Shown: positions 18,219 through 28,099, counted from the stretch's first letter. The stretch is 64,000 bases of DNA from Hyalangium minutum (GCF_000737315.1 NZ_JMCB01000014.1:1-64000); one strand, 5' to 3'. Program-made: numbers and translations. The notes: generated by a model from the letters alone, not told the origin.

Positions 18219-20309
18219 TCAGGGGGAACGTGCCGCCTGGAGCCGTTGGATCAGCGCCTCCGGATCCGTCAGCGGGCGCTCGCAGGAGAAACCGCGGCAG
18301 ACGTACGCGGCGCCCCGGCCATTGACCGGCTCGCGTGCCTCGAAGATCTCTCGGAGCAGCGGAGGGACAGCGTTGCCCGGATCCTTCCAGGTGAACGCGA
18401 TGGTGGGCGCGAAGACACGGTTTGCGGCAGCCAGGAGTGGCGCCACCTGCTCCCGTGTCCCCGAGAACGTGACGCCCGAGGCTCCATCGAGGAACGTGTC
18501 CGCTACGAAAGCCAGGTGCCCGTAGCCCATCGGGTTCTCCTCGAGCGGTTGGCGCATGCGGGAGATGTAACGCTCGGGCAGCTCCAGCCAGGCCTTGTCC
18601 CCGGTGAGCGCGGCAAGCGCCACCTGCGCCTCGGTCAGCGTGGAAGCTCCCGAGGGGAAGGCGTTGTCGAAGAGCGAGTAGGTGGCCACCACCAGATCCT
18701 TCTGGCCTTTGGGCGCAGAGAGGTACGCCTGCTTCTCCTCGTCCCAGAAGAGGGCCACGGCGCGCCGGACCAGTGCCACGGCGGCCTCCAGGTACTTCAC
18801 CTCGAAGGTGGCCTGGTAGAGCGAGGTGAGGCCCGCCGCCAGATCTCCATAGTCCTCCAGGAAGGCATCGATGCGGCTGCCACCCTCCTCATAGGAGCGC
18901 ACCAGCCGCGTCCCGTCCCACATCTTGGAGAGCACGAAGTCCGCCGCGTTCGCCGCGAGCCGCGCCCATTCTGGACGCCCAAAGACGCGCGAGGCGAACG
19001 CCAGTCCCCGGATCATCAGCCCGTTCCAGCCCGCGAGCAGCTTGTCATCCCGGCTTGGCTTCACGCGCTGCTCGCGCAGCTCGAAGAGGGCTCGGCGGGC
19101 GGCAGCCAGCTCCCGCTCCACGTGCTCTACGGGCATGCCGCGCTCCTGAGCGAGCCCTGCCACGGGGACAACCACCTCCAGCACCGTGGCCCCGCTGTGC
19201 TCGAAGTTCCCCTGAGGAGTGATGCGGAAGTGGCGCATCAGCAGGTCCGCCTGCTCGAGAGGAAGCGAGGCCAGATCTTCCATCTTCCAGACGAAGAACT
19301 TGCCCTCGACGCCCTCGCTGTCGGCGTCCTGGGCGGCGTAGAAGCCACCGCGCGCGTCCGTCATCTCTCGGCGCACGTACTCCACCGTCTCCTCCACCAC
19401 CTTGCGCCAGAGCGGCCGGGGCTCCACCTGCTCCGCCTCCGAGTACAAATGGAGGAGCTGGGCGTTGTCGTAGAGCATCTTCTCGAAGTGCGGCACCAGC
19501 CACCGCTCGTCCACCGAGTACCGGTGGAAGCCGCCCCCGAGCTGGTCATAGATGCCGCCCAGCGCCATCCGCTCCAGCGTCCGCATCACTGCTTCCCGAA
19601 GCGCCACGGTCCCGCCGCGACGCCACGCGCGCAGCAGGAAGGACACGTCCATGGGATTGGGGAACTTGGGAGCCCCGCCGAAGCCGCCGTTCACCGGATC
19701 CACGCCGCGGAGCATGCGCTCGCCCATCTTCACCACGTCCGCCGCGGTGAGCACCGCCGGAGCCGCGTCCAGGCCGTACGCAGCCAGTTCGCCCAGTCCC
19801 TCGTGGAAGCTCTCCGCCTGATCGAGCAGCTTGTCGTGCTCCTTCTCCCATGCGTCGTGGAGCGCTTCCAGCAACCGGGGGAAGCCGGGCCGCCCGTACT
19901 TGTCCTGCGGCGGGAAGTAGGTCCCTCCATAGAAAGGCTTCAGGTCCGGCGTGAGGAACACCGTGAGCGGCCAGCCGCCTCCCTGGTTCATGAGCTGCAC
20001 CACGCCCTGGTAGATCTGATCCAGGTCCGGCCGCTCTTCCCGGTCCACTTTGATGTTGATGAACCAGTCGTTCATCAGCCGCGCGATGGCTGGGTCCTCG
20101 AAGGACTCGTGGGCCATGACATGGCACCAGTGGCACGCGGAGTAGCCCACGGACAGCAGGATGGGCTTGTTCTCGGCCCGGGCCCGCGCGAGTGCCTCCT
20201 CTCCCCAGGGGTACCAGTCCACGGGGTTGGTGGCGTGCTGACGCAAGTAGGGCGAGGGCTCGCGCGCGAGACGGTTGCTCACGCCGGACGGAGAAGACGG
20301 GTGGGCCAT
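18219..20309 (-). CDS. Thioredoxin-domain protein, YyaL/DUF255 (SSP411) family
   Basis: 696 aa. [59 protein letters not shown]. Confidence 0.93.
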   Translation of the reverse strand: MAHPSSPSGVSNRLAREPSPYLRQHATNPVDWYPWGEEALARARAENKPILLSVGYSACHWCHVMAHESFEDPAIARLMNDWFINIKVDREERPDLDQIYQGVVQLMNQGGGWPLTVFLTPDLKPFYGGTYFPPQDKYGRPGFPRLLEALHDAWEKEHDKLLDQAESFHEGLGELAAYGLDAAPAVLTAADVVKMGERMLRGVDPVNGGFGGAPKFPNPMDVSFLLRAWRRGGTVALREAVMRTLERMALGGIYDQLGGGFHRYSVDERWLVPHFEKMLYDNAQLLHLYSEAEQVEPRPLWRKVVEETVEYVRREMTDARGGFYAAQDADSEGVEGKFFVWKMEDLASLPLEQADLLMRHFRITPQGNFEHSGATVLEVVVPVAGLAQERGMPVEHVERELAAARRALFELREQRVKPSRDDKLLAGWNGLMIRGLAFASRVFGRPEWARLAANAADFVLSKMWDGTRLVRSYEEGGSRIDAFLEDYGDLAAGLTSLYQATFEVKYLEAAVALVRRAVALFWDEEKQAYLSAPKGQKDLVVATYSLFDNAFPSGASTLTEAQVALAALTGDKAWLELPERYISRMRQPLEENPMGYGHLAFVADTFLDGASGVTFSGTREQVAPLLAAANRVFAPTIAFTWKDPGNAVPPLLREIFEAREPVNGRGAAYVCRGFSCERPLTDPEALIQRLQAARSP

Positions 20310-20406
20310 GAGTCCTTGAAATCAGGCAGCCCTCCCGCTTTCAAGGCCGTCTTGGAGGTCCTCGACCCGAGGCCCTCTCAATAGAGCACTGGCCAACGGC
20401 GGCCGG

Positions 20407-21774
20407 GTGCGCTTTGTCCGGGGTGTGGCCGTTCCCACTGCCCAGTCCGATTCCCGGAACCTCTGCCTCGTCCTGCTCGTGCTGGGCGCGGCGGTGCGGC
20501 TCGCGCTCGCGCTGGGCACGGACACCTATTTCGACGAGGCCTACTACTGGCAGTGGGCGCGGCACCTCGCGTGGGGCTACTTCGATCACCCACCGCTCAT
20601 TGCCTGGCTGATCGCCGCCGTGGACATCCGGCCCGCGGCACTGCTGTGCGGAGCGGGCACGGTGGCCGCGGTGTGGGGCCTCGCGAGAGATGTGCACGGC
20701 AGCCGCGAGGCCGCCTGGCGCGCGGCGGCGCTGTGGAGCGTGGTGCCGGTGGCCGTGCTGGCCGGAGTGTGGGCCACGCCGGACTCGCCCCTGCTGCTGT
20801 TCTGGACGCTGGCGCTGTGGGCGCTCTGGCGCGAGCGGTGGGTGCTGGCGGGGCTGGCCTCGGGGCTCGCGCTGCTGTCGAAGTACCCGGCTGTGTTGAT
20901 CGCGGTGGCCTTCCTCGCCACGGCCGTGCGCATGCGGCGGCTGCCCGCTGGAGTATGGGTGACGGCGCTGCTGGGCGTCCTCCTCTTCCTCCCTGTCGTG
21001 CTGTGGAACGCGCACCGGGAATGGGTGGGCTTCGCCTTCCAGCTCCGGCATGGGCTGGGCGGCACGGGCGGGCTCGCGTCCTTCGCCGAGTTCCTGGGCG
21101 GACAACTGGCGCTCGGAGGCCCTGTGCTGTTGCCGCTCACCCTGGTGTACGCCGTGCGCGGTCCGCGCGAGCAATTCCTCCTCCGGGTTGCAGCGGTCAT
21201 CCCCCTGCTCTTCTTCGGTTACGCGGCGCTCCGCACCCGCGGTGAAGCGAACTGGCCCGCGGCGGCCTACATCGCGGCCTGTGTGGGCGTTGCGGGCATG
21301 CGCCCCGGGTGGTTTCGGGCAGCGGCCTTCAGTGGTGTGGCCATCGTGCTGGCGGTGGGCTCGCACCTGCTGTTCCCCGTGCTGCGCTTCGAGCGGGACG
21401 TGCCGCTGGCGCGCACCCACGGCTGGGACGTCCTCTCCGCCCTCGCCGAGCCCGCGCGGCTCTTCCCAGGTACGGACGGCCGGCAGGCCGCCGTCGTCTA
21501 CGCCCCGAGCTACCAGCTCGCTTCACAGGCCGCGCGCGAGGCCGGCGTAGCGGTGGACACGGCAGGCGGTGGGCGAAAGAGCCAGTACGACTTGTGGCCC
21601 AGGCCCGAGGTGGCGCCCGGACAGGACGCCCTCTGGTACTCCGAGGGCGCGGAGCCTCCCGAGGAGCTGCGTCAGCGCTTCACCTCGGTGGAAGGCCCGG
21701 TCGAGCTGCCTGCGGACTTCCGAGGCCGCCGGGTTCACACCTTCCGGGTCTGGCTCCTCCGAGGCGCCCGCTGA
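20407..21774 (+). CDS. GT-C glycosyltransferase family 39 (ArnT/PMT-like)
   Basis: FDEAYYWQWARHLAWGYFDHPPL, TPDSPLL, LLSKY; multi-TM. Confidence 0.85.
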   Translation: MRFVRGVAVPTAQSDSRNLCLVLLVLGAAVRLALALGTDTYFDEAYYWQWARHLAWGYFDHPPLIAWLIAAVDIRPAALLCGAGTVAAVWGLARDVHGSREAAWRAAALWSVVPVAVLAGVWATPDSPLLLFWTLALWALWRERWVLAGLASGLALLSKYPAVLIAVAFLATAVRMRRLPAGVWVTALLGVLLFLPVVLWNAHREWVGFAFQLRHGLGGTGGLASFAEFLGGQLALGGPVLLPLTLVYAVRGPREQFLLRVAAVIPLLFFGYAALRTRGEANWPAAAYIAACVGVAGMRPGWFRAAAFSGVAIVLAVGSHLLFPVLRFERDVPLARTHGWDVLSALAEPARLFPGTDGRQAAVVYAPSYQLASQAAREAGVAVDTAGGGRKSQYDLWPRPEVAPGQDALWYSEGAEPPEELRQRFTSVEGPVELPADFRGRRVHTFRVWLLRGAR

Positions 21775-21775
21775 C

Positions 21776-22189
21776 TCACTGGGGAGGGATGCCCTCTTTG
21801 ATGGCGCGCAGCTCCACCACGTGGACGCGGTTGAAGAGCGAGAGCTCCACCGCGCGCTCGTACACCACCTCGATCTTCACGTTGTCGGTGATGCGGCTGC
21901 GCTCGATGGTGATCTGATCGTCCGTCAGGCCCAGGCCCGGGACGACGCGCTCGGAGCCCCAGCTGTCCGTCTCCACGTGAGTGCCCATCCGGCTGGTGCG
22001 GTCGCGGATCTCCGCCCGGAGGATGCTGTCATTGGTGTTCCGGCCGGAGAGGTTGTGGGCGACCTCCACCGCCTCCTTCACGTCCATGTTGTCCACATAC
22101 AAGGGGACGAGCTTCGCCCCTACGTAGATGACCCCAGCCAGGACGACCAGCACTGCCAGCGTTCCAAGGTTCTTGACGATATTGGGCAC
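21776..22189 (-). CDS. Small single-TM membrane protein (DUF4845-like)
   Basis: SD GAGGTGG, GTG at 22189. TM followed by KLVPLYVDNMDVKEAV. Confidence 0.6.
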   Translation of the reverse strand: MPNIVKNLGTLAVLVVLAGVIYVGAKLVPLYVDNMDVKEAVEVAHNLSGRNTNDSILRAEIRDRTSRMGTHVETDSWGSERVVPGLGLTDDQITIERSRITDNVKIEVVYERAVELSLFNRVHVVELRAIKEGIPPQ

Positions 22190-22320
22190 GTTCAACCACC
22201 TCGCGCAGCAAGCCCGGTAAAGATACCCCATCCTGCCCCTCCTCACGTCCGGCAGGGAGGAACTTTTCCGCCCTGCCCGTGCCAGCAGGCAGGCGAGCAT
22301 CAGAATGCCCGCGTTCTGTT

Positions 22321-23874
22321 CTAGGCTGAGTGGCAACCCACTTCCTCGTGCCCCTCATGCGCACCCTGCTCGTCCCTCAACTCCCCTGGAAAGCGCTCCT
22401 CGCCCTGCTGGCGCTGTCCTTCGCGCTGCCCTCGCCCGCGCAGGCGCAGACCTCCGCGAAGACGCAGACGAAGGCCAAGGCCAAGAAGACGAAGGCCAAG
22501 AAGACGAAGGCCAAGACGCAGGAGAAGGCCTCGCCCCAGGAGGCGAAGTCCCCCGAGCCCGCGAAGGCTCCCGCGCAGGAGGCCGCGAAGGCCCAGGCCG
22601 CGGAGAAGGCACCCCAGGCAGAGAAGGCCGCCGAGGCGGCGAAGACCTCTACCCCGGAGAAGGCTCCCGCCAAGGCCGCGGCTCCTCAGAAGAGCCCAGC
22701 ACCACAGAAGGTGGCCAAGCCTGAGAGCGAGCCCGTCCCGGAGCGGCCGATGTCCGTGGTGCAGGCGGAGGAGCGGGCCCGGTTGAGTTCCCGCATGCGT
22801 GTCGGCATCGGGCTGGATCTCTTCACCGAGAAGTCCCACCTGTCGGGCGCGCAGGCCATCAACGCCTCTCGCACGGACGAGTCCTTCGACTACAACAGCC
22901 ACACCTTCCTCGCGGCCACGCTCTCGATGAGCATTCCGGCGCCTGTGCTGTCGGACCGCGCGCGCCTGGGCGGAGCGGTGCGGCTGTTCGGCAACTACAG
23001 CGCGAGCGGGAACCGGAGCTTCGGCTTTGGCCTGCTCAACCAGGCGTTCGTCACGGGCGAGTACGGCCTGCCCGTCGCGAACCGGATGGAGGTGGTATTC
23101 GGCGGCCGCGCCGGCCTCTCCATGCTCCTGCCCGGCCGCGACTTCAGCAAGGAGATCGACCGGCTGCAGATCCAGGGCGTGGACGTGTGGAGCGTGCCGC
23201 GCGTGGGCTGGCTGGCGGGGCTCTCCGTGGGCGGGCGCAGGCAGATGAACGAGCACATCCACCTGCGCGCGGACCTGTCGGCGCAGCTCGACAAGACCTA
23301 CCTGTTCGCCACGACCCAGGAGATCGAGGGGCTCAAGTTCAGCAAGGACTGGAGCACCACCGCCCTGCGCCTGGGCTTCACGCTCGGCGCCGAGTTCTCC
23401 CTCTGAGCCCTTCTGGCGGGGCCCTTCGTAGTTTGTGACGTCAAAGGCTCCTTCAGCGGTAAAGCGGACGAAGAAGAGCGCATCGAAGCCCTCTGCGAGG
23501 CTCGGCCAGCTGAGCACCTTGCTGGTGGCATAGAGCGCCACGTCGGGCACCCGGGCCCGGCCTTCTCTCCGAGCATTGCGTCCCAGGCAGTCTTCAAGAA
23601 GTGACTCGAAGGCGTAGCCCACGACGCGGGCGCCGTGCTCCTTGCCCACCGCGATGAGCGGAGCGCGGGCTTCGAGGGTGGGGTTGGTGTTGTCCACCAC
23701 CACTGAACGGCCTGCCGCCAGCGCCTCCGAGATGAGGCGCCGCTGGCGGGCATCGCGTCGGCGCGCGTGAGGCCACAGGTCCTTGCTCACCAGCACGTGC
23801 GTACCGGCGAAGCGCTCCCGATAGAAGCTGCTCTTGCCGGAGCCCTGCAATCCGATAAAGAGGACGAGTTCCAT
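22321..23874 (-). CDS. P-loop AAA_33/polynucleotide-kinase-like protein (about 150-aa domain) with no stop until 22321
   Basis: MELVLFIGLQGSGKSSF, VVVDNTNPT, PSLAEGFD. The remainder is antisense to the barrel gene, so the true product length is uncertain. Confidence 0.65.
   Translation of the reverse strand: MELVLFIGLQGSGKSSFYRERFAGTHVLVSKDLWPHARRRDARQRRLISEALAAGRSVVVDNTNPTLEARAPLIAVGKEHGARVVGYAFESLLEDCLGRNARREGRARVPDVALYATSKVLSWPSLAEGFDALFFVRFTAEGAFDVTNYEGPRQKGSEGELGAEREAQAQGGGAPVLAELEPLDLLGRGEQVGLVELRRQVRAQVDVLVHLPAPAHGEPRQPAHARHAPHVHALDLQPVDLLAEVAAGQEHGEAGAAAEYHLHPVRDGQAVLARDERLVEQAKAEAPVPARAVVAEQPHRSAQARAVRQHRRRNAHRERGREEGVAVVVEGLVRARGVDGLRARQVGLLGEEIQPDADTHAGTQPGPLLRLHHGHRPLRDGLALRLGHLLWCWALLRSRGLGGSLLRGRGLRRLGGLLCLGCLLRGLGLRGLLRGSLRGLGGLRLLGRGLLLRLGLRLLGLRLLGLGLRLRLRGGLRLRGRGQREGQRQQGEERFPGELRDEQGAHEGHEEVGCHSA
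22357..23406 (+). CDS. Secreted protein: K/A/P-rich N-terminal linker + probable outer-membrane beta-barrel
   Basis: Signal peptide AQA|Q, low-complexity AK/PE tract, amphipathic strands ending LGFTLGAEFSL. Start could be GTG 22330. Confidence 0.7.
   Translation: MRTLLVPQLPWKALLALLALSFALPSPAQAQTSAKTQTKAKAKKTKAKKTKAKTQEKASPQEAKSPEPAKAPAQEAAKAQAAEKAPQAEKAAEAAKTSTPEKAPAKAAAPQKSPAPQKVAKPESEPVPERPMSVVQAEERARLSSRMRVGIGLDLFTEKSHLSGAQAINASRTDESFDYNSHTFLAATLSMSIPAPVLSDRARLGGAVRLFGNYSASGNRSFGFGLLNQAFVTGEYGLPVANRMEVVFGGRAGLSMLLPGRDFSKEIDRLQIQGVDVWSVPRVGWLAGLSVGGRRQMNEHIHLRADLSAQLDKTYLFATTQEIEGLKFSKDWSTTALRLGFTLGAEFSL
22477..22518 (+). repeat. 15-bp coding tandem repeat AAGGCCAAGAAGACG (KAKKT)
   Basis: Two full copies plus a partial third. 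Confidence 0.6.
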
Positions 23875-23977
23875 GTGACGCTCCGGTTCCTACCGCTGAA
23901 AACAGCGACACGGGAGCCACCGGACGCAATTCCGGAGCTCCCGTGTCCCGAGGCGTCTTCTCCCGAACCGAGCGGTG

Positions 23978-24523
23978 CTACGGCAGGACCATGCTCAGCA
24001 GGCTCCACTTGTGCGAGCGGCCCGCCTTGATGTTGAGGATGGCGGTGAGCGCGATGATGCCCGCCGCGGCCACGATGTTGACGCGGCCCAGCCAGTTCAC
24101 CGCCTTCTGCGCCTTGACGTCCACCTCCGGCGTCTCCGCCGCAGGCTCATTGCCAGAGGCCACCGGCGGCTCGCGGCTGCCCCACACACGGCCAATGACG
24201 AGCGTGCTGATGCCGGACAGGGTGTAGATGCCCACGAGCGCGTCCTTGGCCCGCACGAGGCCACGGGTCTTGCTGTCAATCTCGCCGCCGGACAGCGCGC
24301 TCCGGCCGATGATCCACGTCAGCGCCACGGAGCCGAGCGCGAAGGCGTTCACCGGGCTGAAGCCCATCCACGCCTTGTTCAGGATCTCACCGCGTTCCTT
24401 GGTGTCATCGATGGTCCTCACCGCCGGGTGCAGCGCCATCTGCCCAAAGAGCGATCCACCAAAGCCTGCCGCCAGTCCGAGGTTGTGCAACGTCAGCGCC
24501 GAGCCAGTCCACATCGCGTTCAT
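23978..24523 (-). CDS. Hypothetical membrane protein
   Basis: Start MNAMWTGSAL. LHNLGLAAGFGGSLFG; about 4 hydrophobic segments. Confidence 0.7.
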   Translation of the reverse strand: MNAMWTGSALTLHNLGLAAGFGGSLFGQMALHPAVRTIDDTKERGEILNKAWMGFSPVNAFALGSVALTWIIGRSALSGGEIDSKTRGLVRAKDALVGIYTLSGISTLVIGRVWGSREPPVASGNEPAAETPEVDVKAQKAVNWLGRVNIVAAAGIIALTAILNIKAGRSHKWSLLSMVLP

Positions 24524-24692
24524 GAGTACTTCCTCCATTGGAAAGCGATGTGAGGGTGTGCATGACCTCGATCGCGGCACAGGCGGCCCCGAGGTTCATG
24601 TGAGCACGGCTGCCGCCCTGCTCTCCCCCGGCATCCTCGGCGCTCGACAGCCCGCCTGCCCAAGCCGACCCCTCTCTGGCATAACGGGGCCC

Positions 24693-26603
24693 ATGCCTCG
24701 CGACGTCTCCTTCTTCGATCAGCTGGGCCGGCTCCTCGCCATGGAGCGGGATGCCGAGCGCGCCCGCTCCGTCGCCCTCGCCCAGAGCATGACCCTGCAC
24801 GAGCGCGCTGAGCACGGCCTGTCCGTGCTCGACCTGGAGACCCTCGAAGAGGAGGTGGGCCTCGGCGGACGCATCCTGCTCACCCTGGCCCGCGCCGACC
24901 GTGCGCCCTTCCCCTCGCCGCTCAACAATGGCGACCTCGTGGCCGTCATGCCTCGCCGCGCCGAGGTGAAGGAGCCCGCCCGAGCCCTCGTCTCGCGTGC
25001 CACCCGCACCCGCATCCAGTTGGCCTTCGATCGCTCCCCGCCTCCTTTCATCAACGAGGGCCTGCTGCGCCTGGACGTCGTCCCCAATGACGTCACCTAT
25101 GAGCGCGTGCGCGCCGGGCTGGAGCGCGTGAAGTCGCTCGACAAGGGCGCCGAGCGCCGCAAGCGGGAGGTCCTCCTCGGCAACGAGCCTCCACGCTTTG
25201 ACAAGCCCAAGGAGCTCGAGCCCACCCGCCCCCTCAACCCCGAGCAGGCCGACGCCGTGACACGCGCGCTGGCCGCCGAGGACTTCTTCCTCGTCCACGG
25301 CCCTCCGGGCACCGGCAAGAGCACCGTGCTCGCGGAGCTCGCCGCTCAGGCCGTGGCGCGCGGAGAGCGCCTCTTGTGCACCGCCGCCAGCAACGCCGCC
25401 GTGGACCACCTGCTGGAGCTGTGCCTGGACAAGGGTCTGCGGGCCATCCGCGTGGGACATCCCGCGCGCGTGGCCGCCCGGCTCCAGCAGCACACGTTGG
25501 ACATCATCGTGGAGGAGCATCCGGACCGCGTCCTCTCACGCGAGCTGTTCGACGAGGCCTTCGACTTGTTTGGCTACGCCCGCCGCCAGCGCACCCAGGG
25601 CCGCAGCCGCGAGCGCTTCTCCAACGCCCGCTCCTCCACCACCGAGGCCAAGCAGCTCATGGACGAGGCCCGCAGCCTGGAGCGCAAGGCCGTGCGCGCC
25701 GTGCTCGAGCGCGCCGAGGTCGTCTGCGTCACCCTGGCCAGCCTCCAGTCCGGCCTGCTCTCCCATGAGGAGTTCAACCTCGCCCTCATCGACGAGGCCA
25801 CCCAGGCCACCGAGCCCCTCACGCTGCTCGGCTTCATCCGCGCGCCCAAGGTGGTGCTCGCCGGAGACCCGAAACAGCTCCCGCCCACGATTCTCTCGCA
25901 AGAGGCAGCGAAGGCAGGCCTGGCGGTGAGCCTCTTCGAGCGCCTCCTCCAGGACCACGGCGAGGGCGTGAAGCGGATGCTGCGCGAGCAGTACCGGATG
26001 AACGCGCGCATCATGGAGTTCCCCTCGCAGGAGATGTACGGCGGTGAGCTGCGCGCCCACCCGAGCGTGGCGGACCGCACGCTCGCGGAGGTGCTCTCTC
26101 CCGGCGCCCAAGTGGACGCCCCCCCCGTCCTCTTCCTCGACACCGCCGGCAAGGGCTTCGAGGAGCAGGTGGAGGAAAGCACCCGGAGCCTCTTCAACAC
26201 CGGTGAGGCGGACCTCATCGTCGCGCGGGTGAAGGAGCTACTGGCCGCAGGGCTCTCGCCGCGCGAGGTGGCCGTCATCACTCCTTATAGTGCGCAGGCC
26301 TTCCAGCTCCGCGAGCGCGTGGAAGCCCTCTCGCCGGACGTCGAGGTGGACACCGTGGATGCCTTCCAGGGCCGCGAGAAGGACGCCATCCTCGTCACCC
26401 TCACCCGCTCCAACTCCGAGGGCCAGCTCGGCTTCCTCACCGACTTGCGCCGCATGAACGTGGCCCTCACGCGCCCGCGGCGGCACCTCTTCGTCGTGGG
26501 AGATTCGGCCACCTTGAGCGGCAATGCCTTCTACGCCCGCTTCATCGAGCGCACCCAGAACGAGGGCGGCTACCGCTCCGCCTGGGAGTGGCCCGAGCCC
26601 TGA
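24693..26603 (+). CDS. SF1 helicase, IGHMBP2/Upf1/DNA2-NAM7 family
   Basis: GPPGTGKS, TAASNAAVD, IDEATQ, LAGDPKQLPP, QYRM, VITPY, VDAFQGREKD, RRMNVALTR. Confidence 0.93.
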   Translation: MPRDVSFFDQLGRLLAMERDAERARSVALAQSMTLHERAEHGLSVLDLETLEEEVGLGGRILLTLARADRAPFPSPLNNGDLVAVMPRRAEVKEPARALVSRATRTRIQLAFDRSPPPFINEGLLRLDVVPNDVTYERVRAGLERVKSLDKGAERRKREVLLGNEPPRFDKPKELEPTRPLNPEQADAVTRALAAEDFFLVHGPPGTGKSTVLAELAAQAVARGERLLCTAASNAAVDHLLELCLDKGLRAIRVGHPARVAARLQQHTLDIIVEEHPDRVLSRELFDEAFDLFGYARRQRTQGRSRERFSNARSSTTEAKQLMDEARSLERKAVRAVLERAEVVCVTLASLQSGLLSHEEFNLALIDEATQATEPLTLLGFIRAPKVVLAGDPKQLPPTILSQEAAKAGLAVSLFERLLQDHGEGVKRMLREQYRMNARIMEFPSQEMYGGELRAHPSVADRTLAEVLSPGAQVDAPPVLFLDTAGKGFEEQVEESTRSLFNTGEADLIVARVKELLAAGLSPREVAVITPYSAQAFQLRERVEALSPDVEVDTVDAFQGREKDAILVTLTRSNSEGQLGFLTDLRRMNVALTRPRRHLFVVGDSATLSGNAFYARFIERTQNEGGYRSAWEWPEP

Positions 26604-26634
26604 CACAGGTAGACGGAAGGCGTACCCCATGCGG

Positions 26635-26657
26635 CGCTCCGCAGGAAATGCGGAGCG
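26635..26657 (+). terminator. Hairpin after helicase
   Basis: CGCTCCGCA-GGAAA-TGCGGAGCG, 9-bp perfect stem. Confidence 0.5.
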
Positions 26658-26758
26658 TGCGCAAAAGGGCACACAGTTTGTGGCACCGTGCCACGAAACG
26701 TCGCCTGCTCGCTCCCGGCGCCCCACCTGATTTCAGGCCCTTGGCGCAGCGCCTCGCA

Positions 26759-26774
26759 CGGCACGGCGGATGCT
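26759..26774 (+). promoter_or_regulatory. Sigma54 -24/-12 promoter candidate
   Basis: CGGCACG-GCGG-ATGCT, GG-N10-GC spacing. Upstream palindrome GTGGCAC-C-GTGCCAC at 26680-26694. Confidence 0.55.
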
Positions 26775-26799
26775 TGTCTGCACAGCCAGGAGGTGTCCC

Positions 26800-26973
26800 A
26801 TGGCCTACGCAGCCCCCGTCGTCACCAAGGAAGAGAACGTTTGGGTGATCCGGCTCCAGAACCGGAGCGGAAAGATGCAGGAGTACCGCTGCGCCACGGA
26901 GAACCAGGCGCGCCAGCTCGCGATGGTGCTCTCCCGGCCCGACACCGAGGCGCCTCGGGCCCAGCCGACGTAA
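26800..26973 (+). CDS. Small protein, 57 aa
   Basis: SD CAGGAGGT. MAYAAPVVTKEENVWVIRLQNRSGKMQEYRCATENQARQLA. Confidence 0.65.
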   Translation: MAYAAPVVTKEENVWVIRLQNRSGKMQEYRCATENQARQLAMVLSRPDTEAPRAQPT

Positions 26974-27029
26974 GCAGGGGCTCGCGGGTTCCTGGCGAAC
27001 AGGATAAGCGGGGGCCCCAGGAGACCTGC

Positions 27030-27902
27030 GTGGCCCCATCCTTCGAGTCCTTCACCGTTCTCTCCCAGGCCGTCGCCGTTCAAGTCCGTCAGCGCAACCC
27101 GAAGGGCACTCCCGCCGTCCTGTTCCTTCACGGGTGGCTGGACCATTCGCACTCCTTCGACTGGATGCTGGAGCACCTGCCGGACGCGTGGCAGCTCGTG
27201 CTGCTCGACTTCCGCGGCATGGGCCGCAGCGAGCACGCTCCGCTCGGCGCTCAGTACTCCTTCCCCGACTACCTCCTGGACGTGGAGGCCGTGCTGGATG
27301 ATCTCCGCCTGAACGAGGTGCACCTCGTGGGGCACTCGCTGGGCGGCATCGTCAGCACGGCCTACGCGGCGGTGCGCCCCGCGCGCATCAAGAGCCTCAC
27401 GCTGATCGAGAGCCTGGGCCCCTCGGGCGGCGGGCCGGAGAAGGCCCGGGAGCGGCTCCAGGGCTTCCTGGACGACTCGCACCGCCCGCCCCACCGCAAG
27501 CGCTATGGCACCATGGAGGAAGCCGCGGCGCGGCTGCGCGAGAGCAACCCCACGCTGACGGAGGCGGCCTCGCTCCACCTCGCCAAGCACGGTACCGAGA
27601 GCTACGAGGGGGGCTACGCCTTTCGGTTCGATCCCCGCCACCGGCGCCGCTTCGGCCACGCCTATGACGAGGCCCAGTGGCTCGCGATCTCCTCGGCTGT
27701 CACCTGCCCGGTGCAGCTGATCCACGGCAGCCAGGGGTATGTGCTGAGCGACACCCAGGCGTCCGCTCGCAAGGCTGCCCTGCGCATCGCCCGTCCCCTC
27801 ACGCTGTCCGGTGGCCATCATGTCCACATGGAGCAGCCCGAGGCGGTGGCGCGTGCCATCGAGTACTTCATCCGCGGCGCCTTGGAGCGTGCAGCCGGGT
27901 AG
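27030..27902 (+). CDS. Alpha/beta hydrolase
   Basis: SD CAGGAG, GTG start. FLHGWLDH, DFRGMGRS, GHSLGG, GGHHVH. Confidence 0.9.
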   Translation: MAPSFESFTVLSQAVAVQVRQRNPKGTPAVLFLHGWLDHSHSFDWMLEHLPDAWQLVLLDFRGMGRSEHAPLGAQYSFPDYLLDVEAVLDDLRLNEVHLVGHSLGGIVSTAYAAVRPARIKSLTLIESLGPSGGGPEKARERLQGFLDDSHRPPHRKRYGTMEEAAARLRESNPTLTEAASLHLAKHGTESYEGGYAFRFDPRHRRRFGHAYDEAQWLAISSAVTCPVQLIHGSQGYVLSDTQASARKAALRIARPLTLSGGHHVHMEQPEAVARAIEYFIRGALERAAG

Positions 27903-27992
27903 GGAAAAGTCTCCATTCACGCCGCCCAGATCGAGGAAAAGACTTTCCCCCCCGAGGGCACCGCCCTTCCTCGTGGGATCACCCCGCGCCCG

Positions 27993-28050
27993 TAAGCCAT
28001 TGATTTCCGGAGGGACAATTCCGTTCCACGGCGTTGGTACGCCCTTTGGA
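27993..28050 (+). promoter_or_regulatory. IHF site + sigma54-like promoter candidate
   Basis: TAAGCCATTGATT (reverse complement = WATCAANNNNTTR) at 27993-28005. TTGGTACG-CCCT-TTGGA at 28034-28050 has a non-consensus -12. Confidence 0.4.
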
Positions 28051-28099
28051 TCGAACCCACCCCGTGGAAATGCGGGCACGGACAAGGGCGGGAGCAACA

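Noticed and set aside
18027-20384. 785-aa plus-strand ORF opposite the YyaL-like gene (similarly 12514-14226, 55391-57583, 8161-9684, 36922-38397)
   Set aside because: Antisense shadows of well-supported genes with no recognisable domain.
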